Assembly (NCBI GenBank): GCA_040954595.2
Contig: CM082586.2
Location: forward strand, 1,183,124 to 1,247,123
From: Balanoglossus misakiensis
Lineage: Eukaryota; Animalia; Hemichordata
Direction: 5' to 3'
Length of the DNA stretch: 64,000 bases
Shown here piece by piece: positions 22,470 through 31,962 of this stretch. The position numbers and the translations under genes were made by a program. The notes beneath the pieces were generated by a model that had not been told where the DNA came from, made no database searches, and saw only the letters and a program-made list of their open reading frames with translations. Positions within the stretch are counted from its first letter, which is position 1; each line of letters begins with the position of its first letter.

Positions 22470-24644
22470 CTAAGGGGCGAATGTAGCGACAAAAAGGTCG
22501 CACTGTAGCTTATACGGATGATAACCCGATCGTGTTGGCCCAAGCACGACGCCGACCTCCCCTCGACTGGCGAATTTGTTGAAACTACGTGCCGCCCTCT
22601 GGATTGACGGCCAGAACGGAGGGTAGTGGCTCCGAGGAACGAGTACTGTTGCTTTTAGTGCGTTTTGGACGATGTGGTTCACAACAGCATGCACCAGCGA
22701 GAATGGAGGGTAGACATATAGGTTCTCATCTGGCGCGAATTTATAATTAAAGAAATTTACACCGGTGTTTTCGGGTTGTGGAAAAGCGGAAATGAATTTG
22801 GATAATTTAGCGTTAGACTTGTTTGCCATAGCATCGATTGTGTGTGGGCCAAATTGCCTGTCTATTTTCTTCCACGCCTCATCCGAGAGTGTGGCCTCTG
22901 ACAAGGACAGGTGCCTAGATGGCTGATCCGCGGGATTTTCATGTGATCTGACGTGCACTATCCTTAATCGAATATTCGACTCAAAACACAGGTTGAAGAT
23001 CTTTTTCAACAGTTCGTTTAAACGAACTGATTTTGATCCGGGGAAGCCGCCATTCCATGCGTGGACTAGGATTGCGGAATCTGAGTGTATGTCCACCCGC
23101 GCGTCGGCTAGTTCTAACTTGAAAGCAACAAGTGCTCTGGCGAGAGCCTCGGCTTCCTTTTCTGCTATTGGTCTGGGCATCCACTCGGTTTCCCACGAGT
23201 CACTGACTACTTGTCGCTGTTGCGAATTTGGCTGCAGTATTGCGGCCCATTTGAACGAGCTGGCGTCGGTGTATACATGTATAACGTTGTGGCTTTCTCG
23301 AGGCCAACGAAATGGGGGAGCGTTACGTACAATCTGGAGCCAAAATTGCACTTCCTCCCGAAGGGGACCTTTAATGCGCACCAAGTTCTGTGCCGATACC
23401 TGCATCTTAGATATGGCATGTGCCATTTGTCTTATATATAAACGCGCACAGGGGATTGCGAGAGCGAAAGAAATGCATTTCCCCATAACTTTTTGCAATA
23501 AAGTAACTGGAATAGTGGGTTTGGAAAGTACTAACTCTGCCGTCTCGAGGAAGCGAGCTACTTTCTGTTCTGGGATGATGAAAGCTTGAATTTCCGTGTC
23601 TACCGTCATTCCTAGCATTATTAGCGACCTAACGGGGTGCAGTATGCTCTTTTCTAAGGCAATGAAATACCCTGCATCGATGCACATAGCTAACAGGATG
23701 AATGCAGCAGCCTCCGCTAGTTCCAAGTCAGACCAGGAGCTGTGTTGTCTGCTTACGGTATTAGCCGTTGCTGGCAATCTCAGGGGGCCACCGTGTCTGT
23801 CGTCAATATATTGGAGGCACGGAACTCCTAACATTCTTGCATAACTAGTTATCGCATAGCCTAAGGTATGGTAGATGTAGGCGGACAATTTCCACCCAAA
23901 CGGTAATGAATTGTTCACGTACCAACGGCCTCCCCATTGGAAACCAAAATACCGCCTGTCGTATTCCCTAATGAGAACATGATCATAGCCGCTTTTATCA
24001 TCACACTTGAAGTGGTATTCTCCTTTTTTCATATACCTTGAAACGTCTATTAACTTGTCCAGTTTAAAAGGCATGTCTCTGATCCATAGATTCAGGAAGC
24101 GCATGTCTATGCACATTCGCGGCTTCTTCGGTTCGACTGTTATCGGCATAACTATGTGGGGAGGTGGGTCCCTCCCAACTTCACCAAAGACAGAAATGGC
24201 CCCAGTCTGGAGTCTATCATGTATGGTTTTGGAAATGAAACCAACGAAATTTTGACATGAGGGGTTATTAGCAAAAATCTTTGCCGGTGGAGATGGTCCG
24301 TCATATTGACAGCCCTTAAACGTGCCCCGAAAGTGCTTAAAGTACTGTGAAACGGTAACTTTGTCACATATCCAGTGCATAACTTGAGCCGGATTCTCTG
24401 CTGCCGTCGATAGGCGATTCCACACCTCCTTGTGTTTATGAACCTCCCCGGCGACAAATTCATGTGGGTTTCTAAATGATAGTAGTGCGGGCGACACTTT
24501 CTTGTTGGATTTAGCGACCTCATCGACATTGATAACGGGTCTCCTTGGTTCCTGTCGAGGGGCGCCCTCAAGAGATACCCATGTGTACGACTTTCTGGCG
24601 ACTGGAAGTTCCTCAGGGCCGGTTTCCCATGCGTAGGGAGTGAA
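22470..24644 (-). CDS. Reverse transcriptase-RNase H-methyltransferase-like polyprotein; frame open from splice acceptor 24644
   Basis: RT motifs DDKSGYDH, LPFG, YIDD; RNase H YTDAS, EKEAEA, HSDS, NPADQPSR; MT-like IDAMA..N and LYVYPPF; frame extends 49 codons upstream of the GTG called by the ORF track. Confidence 0.93.
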   Translation of the reverse strand, partial: FTPYAWETGPEELPVARKSYTWVSLEGAPRQEPRRPVINVDEVAKSNKKVSPALLSFRNPHEFVAGEVHKHKEVWNRLSTAAENPAQVMHWICDKVTVSQYFKHFRGTFKGCQYDGPSPPAKIFANNPSCQNFVGFISKTIHDRLQTGAISVFGEVGRDPPPHIVMPITVEPKKPRMCIDMRFLNLWIRDMPFKLDKLIDVSRYMKKGEYHFKCDDKSGYDHVLIREYDRRYFGFQWGGRWYVNNSLPFGWKLSAYIYHTLGYAITSYARMLGVPCLQYIDDRHGGPLRLPATANTVSRQHSSWSDLELAEAAAFILLAMCIDAGYFIALEKSILHPVRSLIMLGMTVDTEIQAFIIPEQKVARFLETAELVLSKPTIPVTLLQKVMGKCISFALAIPCARLYIRQMAHAISKMQVSAQNLVRIKGPLREEVQFWLQIVRNAPPFRWPRESHNVIHVYTDASSFKWAAILQPNSQQRQVVSDSWETEWMPRPIAEKEAEALARALVAFKLELADARVDIHSDSAILVHAWNGGFPGSKSVRLNELLKKIFNLCFESNIRLRIVHVRSHENPADQPSRHLSLSEATLSDEAWKKIDRQFGPHTIDAMANKSNAKLSKFISAFPQPENTGVNFFNYKFAPDENLYVYPPFSLVHAVVNHIVQNALKATVLVPRSHYPPFWPSIQRAARSFNKFASRGEVGVVLGPTRSGYHPYKLQCDLFVATFAP

Positions 24645-25284
24645 CTGAAAAGGATAGATATAAACTGTGGGCTACTACATGTAAAAATGTTCTCTTGAGG
24701 GGGCCCCTAGACAGGACCTCAGTAAGGCGAGGCTGCATGAATGCAAAGGACTGTTTTAGTCCTCCCTGCGTTCGGGGCGATGTTTGGTGTATGATAGATA
24801 CGGTATATCCGCTACTGGTTGAGTGGGGCCAATCTAGGAAGGCGAGATAAAAACAAAAAAAAAACATTTTTTTTTATTTTTTTTTATTTATTTATTTTTT
24901 TTTATTCTCAAGACAACCTTTTTAATTGTCACGGAGGGTTGTAAGCAACCTCGACTTTTCGTACATATCAAGTTATCAAAAGCATCACAGCAAGTTCTTA
25001 ATCGTGGGTGTGCGTGTAGCGTTTGCTGAAGCCCAGTTCCTCAGGCACGTTTTTTGCGACTTTATGTATATGCGTGAATGCGTTCCGTCCATAGTGCGAG
25101 TGGTTGTGGAAAGTATGCGATTGTGCAGGTGTGCATGAAGGCGTCAATTAGTGTGCAGGCGACCGAGAGGAGTATGCGTGTAAGTGTGCATGCGTGTACG
25201 TGGATGAGTAACCCATGTTTACTTGCTGTGACGAAAAAATATCCACGATCAACAAGAAAAAAAAAAAACAGCAATGTGGTTACA

Positions 25285-26572
25285 CTACTTTCTATTTGGG
25301 CAGGCTCTGGCAACATGCCCTTTCTCACCGCATACAAAGCATGTGACTAGTTCATCTTTGTTTCTTCTCTCGTATGGTCTAAATCGTTCGAATTGTGCTC
25401 TTGGGCGACGATAGCCGCCATGGCCGCTATCCCGCATAAACTTCGACACTTTCGACGCGATTTCCTCCTCTTCTTTATTTCCCAGTAGTAGAACTATCAA
25501 CCTCCCAGCTTCTTGGCCGAAATCATTTGATTCAAACTGAGCTAGGACCGCCCGGAAGCGATGTAACTTTGGGTGAGCTGCTACCGTCGCCCTATCCACC
25601 AGGGCCCTCAGGGCGGCGATGAGCTGGGATCGTGAGGTTAACGATGGAGTATGGGCCAGGTGCATGACTTTTTCCAAGGCGTCATCCACAGATGCGGTTT
25701 CTGTCAATTCTTGCAGTTTTTTCACCTGCTTCTTTAGGTTCTCCAACTCCCCTTTCTGCAATAAACGTACACATACAATAACTTCTCTGCCCATTACCAC
25801 GGGTGGAAAGTATACTTGCTCTCCCGTACTGAATACTCCCCTTTTGTTTACAGGGCGAGCGCCTTATTACATAGGCATCAGCAAAATTCAAGGCGAACAT
25901 GCTTCTGCCACGTAAATGACCGCTCACATTGCTCCTCCCTCGAGCCTATGTATTTCCTTTAGCCTCAGCCACAATAATTCGGCGCTCTCGCAGTCATCAC
26001 CGGATGAACTGCCTGGCCGGTCTCCTTGGCACTCATGGGTATAACCCACCCAGCTCTATTTAACAAACAAATGTTGGCGCTCTCGCAGTATATCACACTG
26101 CCTGGCCTGCCGCTCACTCCTGTAACTCCAAGTATTCGACGCATATTGCATAGAATTTTTTTTTTTTTTTTTTTTTTTCAACTGGCGAAACAGGTGGTGT
26201 CAGGCCTAACAGGTGGCGGAGTTTCAAAATGGTGATTTGGCCTTCCACCTGCACTAGGAAAATTCGGAAGGCGAAACAAAAGGACAAACACGAGGAGAGA
26301 AGTTTTGGTGGACCGTAGTGCATAAAAAAACTGCACTGCAACAAAACCGAAATGACCGGCGGCATACAAGGGGGAATACTAACCTGGGTAACACTGCTGC
26401 TGACGCTTGTTGCCTCTCCACTTGCTGGTGTTGGTGCAGGCTTAGGCGCTGCTGCGGCATTTTGCTGGGGTGTGGCACCACTAGGACCGGGTCTTGGCTG
26501 GGGAACGGAAAGTTCTGCGGAGTCCTGGTGTGAGTCCACAAAAGCTCGGGCTGCGGGACCAGTATGAGCCAT
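25285..26572 (-). CDS. Gag-like protein, predicted spliced: leader exon 26572-26384 plus exon 25755-25285 (219 aa)
   Basis: CFVCGEKGHVARAC zinc knuckle and coiled-coil-like N-part; donor CAG|GTTAGT and acceptor TTGCAG|AAA, both phase 0. Confidence 0.8.
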
Positions 26573-26586
26573 GGTTCGTGCTATCG

Positions 26587-26692
26587 TGGCCTATTGCAAG
26601 GGAGGGACAGACTGTACGTTGCTCGTTGCTTTTATACTTCGGCTCATTTGCATATGGCGGATGGATATCGCTCTGTGCTGCGGTTTTGAATA
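26587..26692 (-). repeat. Split direct repeat A1 (element 5' terminus) containing the putative promoter
   Basis: Identical to A2; sense strand has ATGCAAAT (26653-26646) then TATAAAA (26636-26630), ~60 nt upstream of the leader ATG. Confidence 0.9.
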
Positions 26693-26973
26693 CACCAGAA
26701 ACTTTTTAAAAAAACACACTAAGTCTAACATATACATAAAATGTACAATCAGTAAAATTGAAAGTATTGTAATTTCTTTAAATTGCAGACTTTTGGATTC
26801 TTCTTTTCTAAGAGTTATCAAATTCATATTAAAAACAGATCACCAAGCTCATGAAATATTAAAGTAAGGTTTAACTTTAGCTGAGTCATCTTTTTCACTG
26901 ATAGTTTTTATGTGGGCAAATACATTCAATTTAAACTATCAACAACGACAAAATTGTGACAGATTCTTGGTCT

Positions 26974-29900
26974 TTAATTTTGTGAGTCACTTGTGGAAAC
27001 AAGGGCAGAGTTTTCTGCGCTTGCTTCTTTCCCATAATGGAATTTTCTGAAGTGATTTCTGAGACCCATCAAAGTTGAAAATTCTGAGAGGCACTCCGGA
27101 CAGGTCAGGTTGGGAAGACCTAGCTCGTGTTGCTTTTTGTGAAATTGGAAGACCCAGGACGACTTGAAGGATTGCCCACACTCTCGGCAACAGAATGGAA
27201 ACCTGAATTTGGAGAATTTAGGGCGCATTGGGGAGGATCTCTTGGGAGATTCACTGACACTATCTGTTGAGATCTCATCGTTTCGAGAACACTTGCTACC
27301 GACACTTGGCTTCTCCGTTGCCATGCGGCCATCTTGTGAACTGCTTTCAGCTCTACTCTCCTCACTGCTCAGATCACCTTTGTGGAATTTCCTAAAGTGG
27401 ATTATCATGTTCCAAAACGACGAAAATTCCCAGCGACACAGCGGACATGTCTGGCTCGACAGACCCAACTCATGTTGCTTCTCGTGAAGTTGGAGAAACA
27501 GCAACAACTTGAAGTACTGACCACATTCTGGGCAGCGGTACCGGAATTTGGAATTTGGTGGATTGAAGAAAATTTGGTTGCTTTCAGAATTGTCATTGTC
27601 AGTAGACATCTGGTCACTGTCGCTTTGTGAACTGATGCGGTCTGACACTCCGTCTAATTCTGCATTTAATTCTCTTGCATTGTGATCTCTTTTGAAGTGA
27701 CTGCTAACACTGAGATAATTAGAAAAATGTTCAAGACACACTGGACATGTTTGGTTTGATAGGCCTAGCTCATGTTGCCTGTTATGTAGTCTGAACAACA
27801 ATGTACACTTGAAGAACTGCCCACATTCTTGGCAGCGATATTGGAATTTGGAGTTTGGAGGATTTGTGAAAATTTTCCGGCTTCCTGAGAATTTTCCGTC
27901 ACCTGGAGAGCATCCATTCACGTCATTCTGTTCCCATTCTTCTTCGTCATTCTGTGAAGTGTTTTCTAACGACACATCAATGTTTTCTGCACCGGCAAGA
28001 TCTCCTTTGTGGACCGTTCTGAAATGAGTTACAAGATTCACAAATGAGGCAAACGTTCCCAGGCACAGTGGACATGTTTTCTTTGATAGGCCCAATTCGT
28101 GCTGCTTTTGGTGAAGTTGTAGCAGTAACAGACACATGAAATACTGGCCACATTCTTGGCAGCGATGTGGAAATTTGGAGTTTGGTGGGTTTATGTAAAT
28201 AGTGTCGCTTTCTGCTATGTCGCTGTCAGTAGATAACTGGTCACTTTGTGAGTACATGGATCTGTCTTCAGTGTGCGAGTTGTTTTGGGAAACTTGATCG
28301 CTGCTCTCCATGTTTGCCTGGTCGCTTGAAAGGCTCTCATTCATGTCAATTTGATCATCCATTTTGCTGCCATTTTGTGAATCGTCCTGGCATTCTATAT
28401 CACTGCTTTTCCCATCCTCAATATTATCCATATGGCAGTTTTTAAAATGAGCTGCAACAATCTTCAGCATGGAAAATTCCTGCCGACACACGGGACATGT
28501 AAGGTTTGACAAACCAAACTCGTGCTGCTTTTTGTGAAAGTTGAACACCCACAAGGACTTGAAACACTGTCCACAATCTTGGCAGCAAAATGGATACCTG
28601 AATTTCGAAAATCGTCGGTTTGGAAACTTTCCAGGGAATGTCTGGTCTTGCAGAGAGCTCTCACTCTCATCACCGTGTACTACATCATCAGTTTCTGCAC
28701 TTTCAAGAATGTCCCTGTGAAATCTTTTCAAATGTGTCCCGAGAGACCCCTCACTTGAAAATTCCCACCGACAGACCGGGCAGGTGGACGTTGACAGACC
28801 CAACTGATGTTGTCTCTCATGAAGTTTGATACGGGACCAACTCCTGAGGTACTTGCCACATACTGGGCAGCGATGAGGATATTTGGAGTTGACAGGATTT
28901 TGGTAAACTTGGTGGCCTTTTATAACCTCCCTACCGGTAGATATCTGGTCAATTTGTGAGGAGCTCTCCCCGTCAAAACTTTGTGAGGAAACCTCAGCAC
29001 CACTCTCTGTGTTTGCCTCTTCTTCTTCAAGATGGTATTTTTTACAGTGAGTTCGAAGCGCTGCCTTTCGGGTGAACTCTGCCCGGCACACTGGACATAT
29101 GAGGCTGGGAAGGCCCAACTCATGCTGTTTTTTGTGAATCTCGAATATCCATATTAGATTGAAGCCCTGACCACATTCCTGGCAGATGAATGGGTACCGG
29201 TATCGTCGGAATGATCGGGTTGGGAGGTCTTTATGATTTTCTATGAATTTACCGTCAGCAGATGTCTGACCACAAGGAGAGAACTCATTCACATCACTTT
29301 GTTCATCAACTTGGCTGTCGTTCTGTGAGCCATTTTGAGATTCCAGGTCACTTTGTACATCTGGAAATTTGGAACAAACAGGATTTTGAGTTTTTTCACA
29401 GTTTTCTGACGAATCACTCTGGATGCTAGTAATGAGTACTGTGTCACTTTGGGTGCCAATATTCTGTGCTGCATCACCCTCAGTGATGTCCCCCAGTAGT
29501 ACAGTGCCCAGGGTAATATCACTGACTCCTGCATCACTCTGGGCGTTAGCACACAACACTCCACCATTTTGGGCGTTGGCAAGCAGTACTGTATCAATCT
29601 CTGCATTGGGGCCATTTTGCCTCGGCGTCGAGTCATGCTGCAAACCACCTTGATGTGCGTGTTCCAAGGAATCCCTACCGTCCTCTGTTCCCACAGTATT
29701 TGGGGATGCGGGAGAACTTTGCAAACTGTGCACTGAGGAACCACCACTGACGGTCACCTGGTTGAATGCAGTCGAGTCGTTCTGCCCATCAACACCGACA
29801 TCACCTTGAGGTCTATCTTGCGGAACTTCCCAACTGTCGCCACTATTTGTCATCTCACTGCTGTGGTACTCTTTGAAGTGCTTTCCGAGGTTCATAAATG

Positions 29901-31602
29901 TTGAAAACTCCTTGCCACATGTCGGACACGTCCGGGTAGACAGACCTAAGTCGTGCTGCCTTTTGTGAAGTTGGAATGACCACATGTACCTGAAAAACTG
30001 TCCACACTGTTGGCAGCGATACGGAAATTTGGAGTTTAAAGGATTTGTGAAAGTTTTAACGCTTTCTGGCGATTGAGTGTCACTTGGAGAAAGTTCGCTC
30101 CCGTTTTGTCCCCACAAAGCATTAATGTTTTCTGCCTTTTTGATGTCATGTCTGTGAAATCTTTTGAAATGATTTCCAAGATTTGGAAATGAAGAAAATT
30201 TAACTCGGCACAGGGGACAGGTTTGGTTTGACAGACCCAACTCATGCTGCTTTTCGTGAAGTTGAAATAACAACGGGCACTTGAAATACTGTCCGCATTT
30301 TTGGCAGCGATGTGGATATTTGGAGTTCGATGGGTTGAGGTAGATGTGGGTACTTGTTGTTGAATTGCTGCCTGTTGATGTTTCGTCTGATGGAGGGCGG
30401 TTGTCAGCTTGCGGTGTCTGCTCTGAGTCCACAACTGTGCTTTTGTTGGATTCGCTTCCTCCTGAGCTTCCGTCACCCTCGGTTACTGCTGCCATGTGAT
30501 GGTCTTTCCGGGAATGGTTTCCAGCATGCCCCAAACTGGGGACGGTCGATAGCGTGAGTGGTGTGACAATACCTGTAGTCTCGAGTGCTGTTGCAGAGGG
30601 ATTATCCCCCTGGTCCATGCTTGTATCCAGTTGTTCAGGTCTCCAACCACTTTGCTCGGTTGCTGTGTAGTACTCAACAGAATTGTCCATCATCGTGTCT
30701 TGGCCTGCAGCCTCAGCAGAAGATATCTGAATTGCTGTATAGAACTCTACGTTGCCATCCATACTTTCATCACAAAAATCATTTGAAGACAAAGTCTCTC
30801 CTTCATACTCATCTGCAGGCTCAATTTTCACTGACACGATTTGTCCAAGACCGCTCACCTGACCCTCAGTATTTGACTGTACATTGCAAGAGGGCACACT
30901 ATCAGTTTGACCATTCGCAGCTATTGTACCTGCATGTGTTGGAACAGGAGAGCAGTGGTTGTCATGCATACTGCTAGATTCCCACTCCATACCGTCACAA
31001 CCACCTCTGTTGTTTCCAGACTCTTTCCTCCCAACCTTTTCGTTTTTAATCCTTGTCTCTGGGATCCTTGTGGAACTTGCACCACTGTCAACACGATTTG
31101 AAACTGATCGTGTGACGAATACACTGTCCCCGCTCTGTGACAGTTCCCATGAAACCGACTGCTCGGTCTCTGCCTCACTAGTGACAGATTGTGTTGCGTC
31201 CTCTGTTCGCTGTGGCACCCCCTGGAGGTCCTCGCATATTTGACTCAAACGACGGACCCTGAAGAGCTTGGCGGCAGAATGAAGCTTTCTCTCTTCTCCT
31301 TGCTGGACTACCACCTTTCCTTTGTAGACAAAGTCCAGCAGCTGTTTCAGAGTATCTGCAGAGATGGCAGTCATGTGAACCCGCTGCACTTTGCTGTTCT
31401 CCAAGAAAATCTTGTAGAAGACGTCGCTGCAGCCAGACAGCACTAACTTGTGACAAGGGAACTCTTGGTCTCCTACGCAAATTGTCACATCCGTCATGAT
31501 GGACCGATCCCGGAATTTATCCAGAGACTCAAGCATTGTGTCTGCCAAGTCTGGTGCCACCAGACAGATGAAAGCACTGTTATCACCAGCAATGGTCGCC
31601 AT
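26974..31602 (-). CDS. BTB/POZ zinc-finger protein (~1542 aa) with nine spaced C2H2 finger pairs
   Basis: BTB (TDVTICVGDQEFPCHKLVLSGCSDVF...LLDFVYKG); nine CxxC...H...QHELGLS...CPxC...H doublets; acceptor ttcag|gttgc at 31614 just upstream of ATG 31602. Confidence 0.92.
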   Translation of the reverse strand: MATIAGDNSAFICLVAPDLADTMLESLDKFRDRSIMTDVTICVGDQEFPCHKLVLSGCSDVFYKIFLENSKVQRVHMTAISADTLKQLLDFVYKGKVVVQQGEERKLHSAAKLFRVRRLSQICEDLQGVPQRTEDATQSVTSEAETEQSVSWELSQSGDSVFVTRSVSNRVDSGASSTRIPETRIKNEKVGRKESGNNRGGCDGMEWESSSMHDNHCSPVPTHAGTIAANGQTDSVPSCNVQSNTEGQVSGLGQIVSVKIEPADEYEGETLSSNDFCDESMDGNVEFYTAIQISSAEAAGQDTMMDNSVEYYTATEQSGWRPEQLDTSMDQGDNPSATALETTGIVTPLTLSTVPSLGHAGNHSRKDHHMAAVTEGDGSSGGSESNKSTVVDSEQTPQADNRPPSDETSTGSNSTTSTHIYLNPSNSKYPHRCQKCGQYFKCPLLFQLHEKQHELGLSNQTCPLCRVKFSSFPNLGNHFKRFHRHDIKKAENINALWGQNGSELSPSDTQSPESVKTFTNPLNSKFPYRCQQCGQFFRYMWSFQLHKRQHDLGLSTRTCPTCGKEFSTFMNLGKHFKEYHSSEMTNSGDSWEVPQDRPQGDVGVDGQNDSTAFNQVTVSGGSSVHSLQSSPASPNTVGTEDGRDSLEHAHQGGLQHDSTPRQNGPNAEIDTVLLANAQNGGVLCANAQSDAGVSDITLGTVLLGDITEGDAAQNIGTQSDTVLITSIQSDSSENCEKTQNPVCSKFPDVQSDLESQNGSQNDSQVDEQSDVNEFSPCGQTSADGKFIENHKDLPTRSFRRYRYPFICQECGQGFNLIWIFEIHKKQHELGLPSLICPVCRAEFTRKAALRTHCKKYHLEEEEANTESGAEVSSQSFDGESSSQIDQISTGREVIKGHQVYQNPVNSKYPHRCPVCGKYLRSWSRIKLHERQHQLGLSTSTCPVCRWEFSSEGSLGTHLKRFHRDILESAETDDVVHGDESESSLQDQTFPGKFPNRRFSKFRYPFCCQDCGQCFKSLWVFNFHKKQHEFGLSNLTCPVCRQEFSMLKIVAAHFKNCHMDNIEDGKSSDIECQDDSQNGSKMDDQIDMNESLSSDQANMESSDQVSQNNSHTEDRSMYSQSDQLSTDSDIAESDTIYINPPNSKFPHRCQECGQYFMCLLLLQLHQKQHELGLSKKTCPLCLGTFASFVNLVTHFRTVHKGDLAGAENIDVSLENTSQNDEEEWEQNDVNGCSPGDGKFSGSRKIFTNPPNSKFQYRCQECGQFFKCTLLFRLHNRQHELGLSNQTCPVCLEHFSNYLSVSSHFKRDHNARELNAELDGVSDRISSQSDSDQMSTDNDNSESNQIFFNPPNSKFRYRCPECGQYFKLLLFLQLHEKQHELGLSSQTCPLCRWEFSSFWNMIIHFRKFHKGDLSSEESRAESSSQDGRMATEKPSVGSKCSRNDEISTDSVSESPKRSSPMRPKFSKFRFPFCCRECGQSFKSSWVFQFHKKQHELGLPNLTCPECLSEFSTLMGLRNHFRKFHYGKEASAENSALVSTSDSQN

Positions 31603-31905
31603 CTTAAGTGCAACCTGAACATTAAAGAAACAGAGAAAAAACATACTTAATGAACAGATGTGAATTCTCATGTTTCAATACACATGATATGAGTCAGTGT
31701 AAGGCCAGTGACACACATGTACATGATAGCCAGACACCTGATTTTAAACACTGCCCTGTTACACGAAAATCATCACACCCAGTGTTTTGAAATACAACTT
31801 TGACAGTGCATTGAACCAGAACAACGCAGCTCCGAACATGGAGCTACCTAGCTGCAGTTCCAAAGCTCGAGATTTGGCCTTGTATGCGGCTATGACAGAA
31901 TGAAC

Positions 31906-31962
31906 CATAGACAGTAGAGGGGGGGGGGGAGACGGTCCGTCTTCCCCCCTCTACTGTCTATG
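31906..31962. mobile_element. 57-bp palindromic MITE with CATAG...CTATG termini and a 7-bp TSD (P-element-like)
   Basis: catagacagtagagggg...agacggtccgtct...cccctctactgtctatg, flanked by aatgaac at 31899-31905 and 31963-31969. Confidence 0.75.

Larger units (their letters stand above)
20313..26692 (-). mobile_element. Tyrosine-recombinase retrotransposon (DIRS order, PAT-like), apparently intact, 6380 bp; A1-gag-RT/RH/MT-YR-B1A2-spacer-B2
   Basis: Gag with CCHC knuckle, RT (YIDD), RNase H, MT-like domain and YR, all on the minus strand; split direct repeats A (106 bp) and B (85 bp), identical by eye; no LTRs or ITRs. Confidence 0.95.

Noticed and set aside
25990-26010. Hammerhead ribozyme in the gag intron
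   Set aside because: The sense strand reads GGTGATGA rather than CTGATGA, and no correctly placed GAAA core was found.
26033-26048. catgggtataaccca resembling the satellite core catgggttatagctca
   Set aside because: Too short; compatible with chance.
26114-26383. Read-through of the 152-aa leader ORF, or a fourth phase-0 acceptor (tgcag|GTG at 26248)
   Set aside because: The downstream peptide is hydrophobic low-complexity and poly-Lys from an A-run, not protein-like. Minor use cannot be excluded.
20313-26692. LTR retrotransposon, DIRS1-type (ITR/ICR) or Ngaro classification
   Set aside because: No DDE integrase, LTRs or ITRs; an MT domain is present and no hydrolase ORF is seen, which favours PAT-like.
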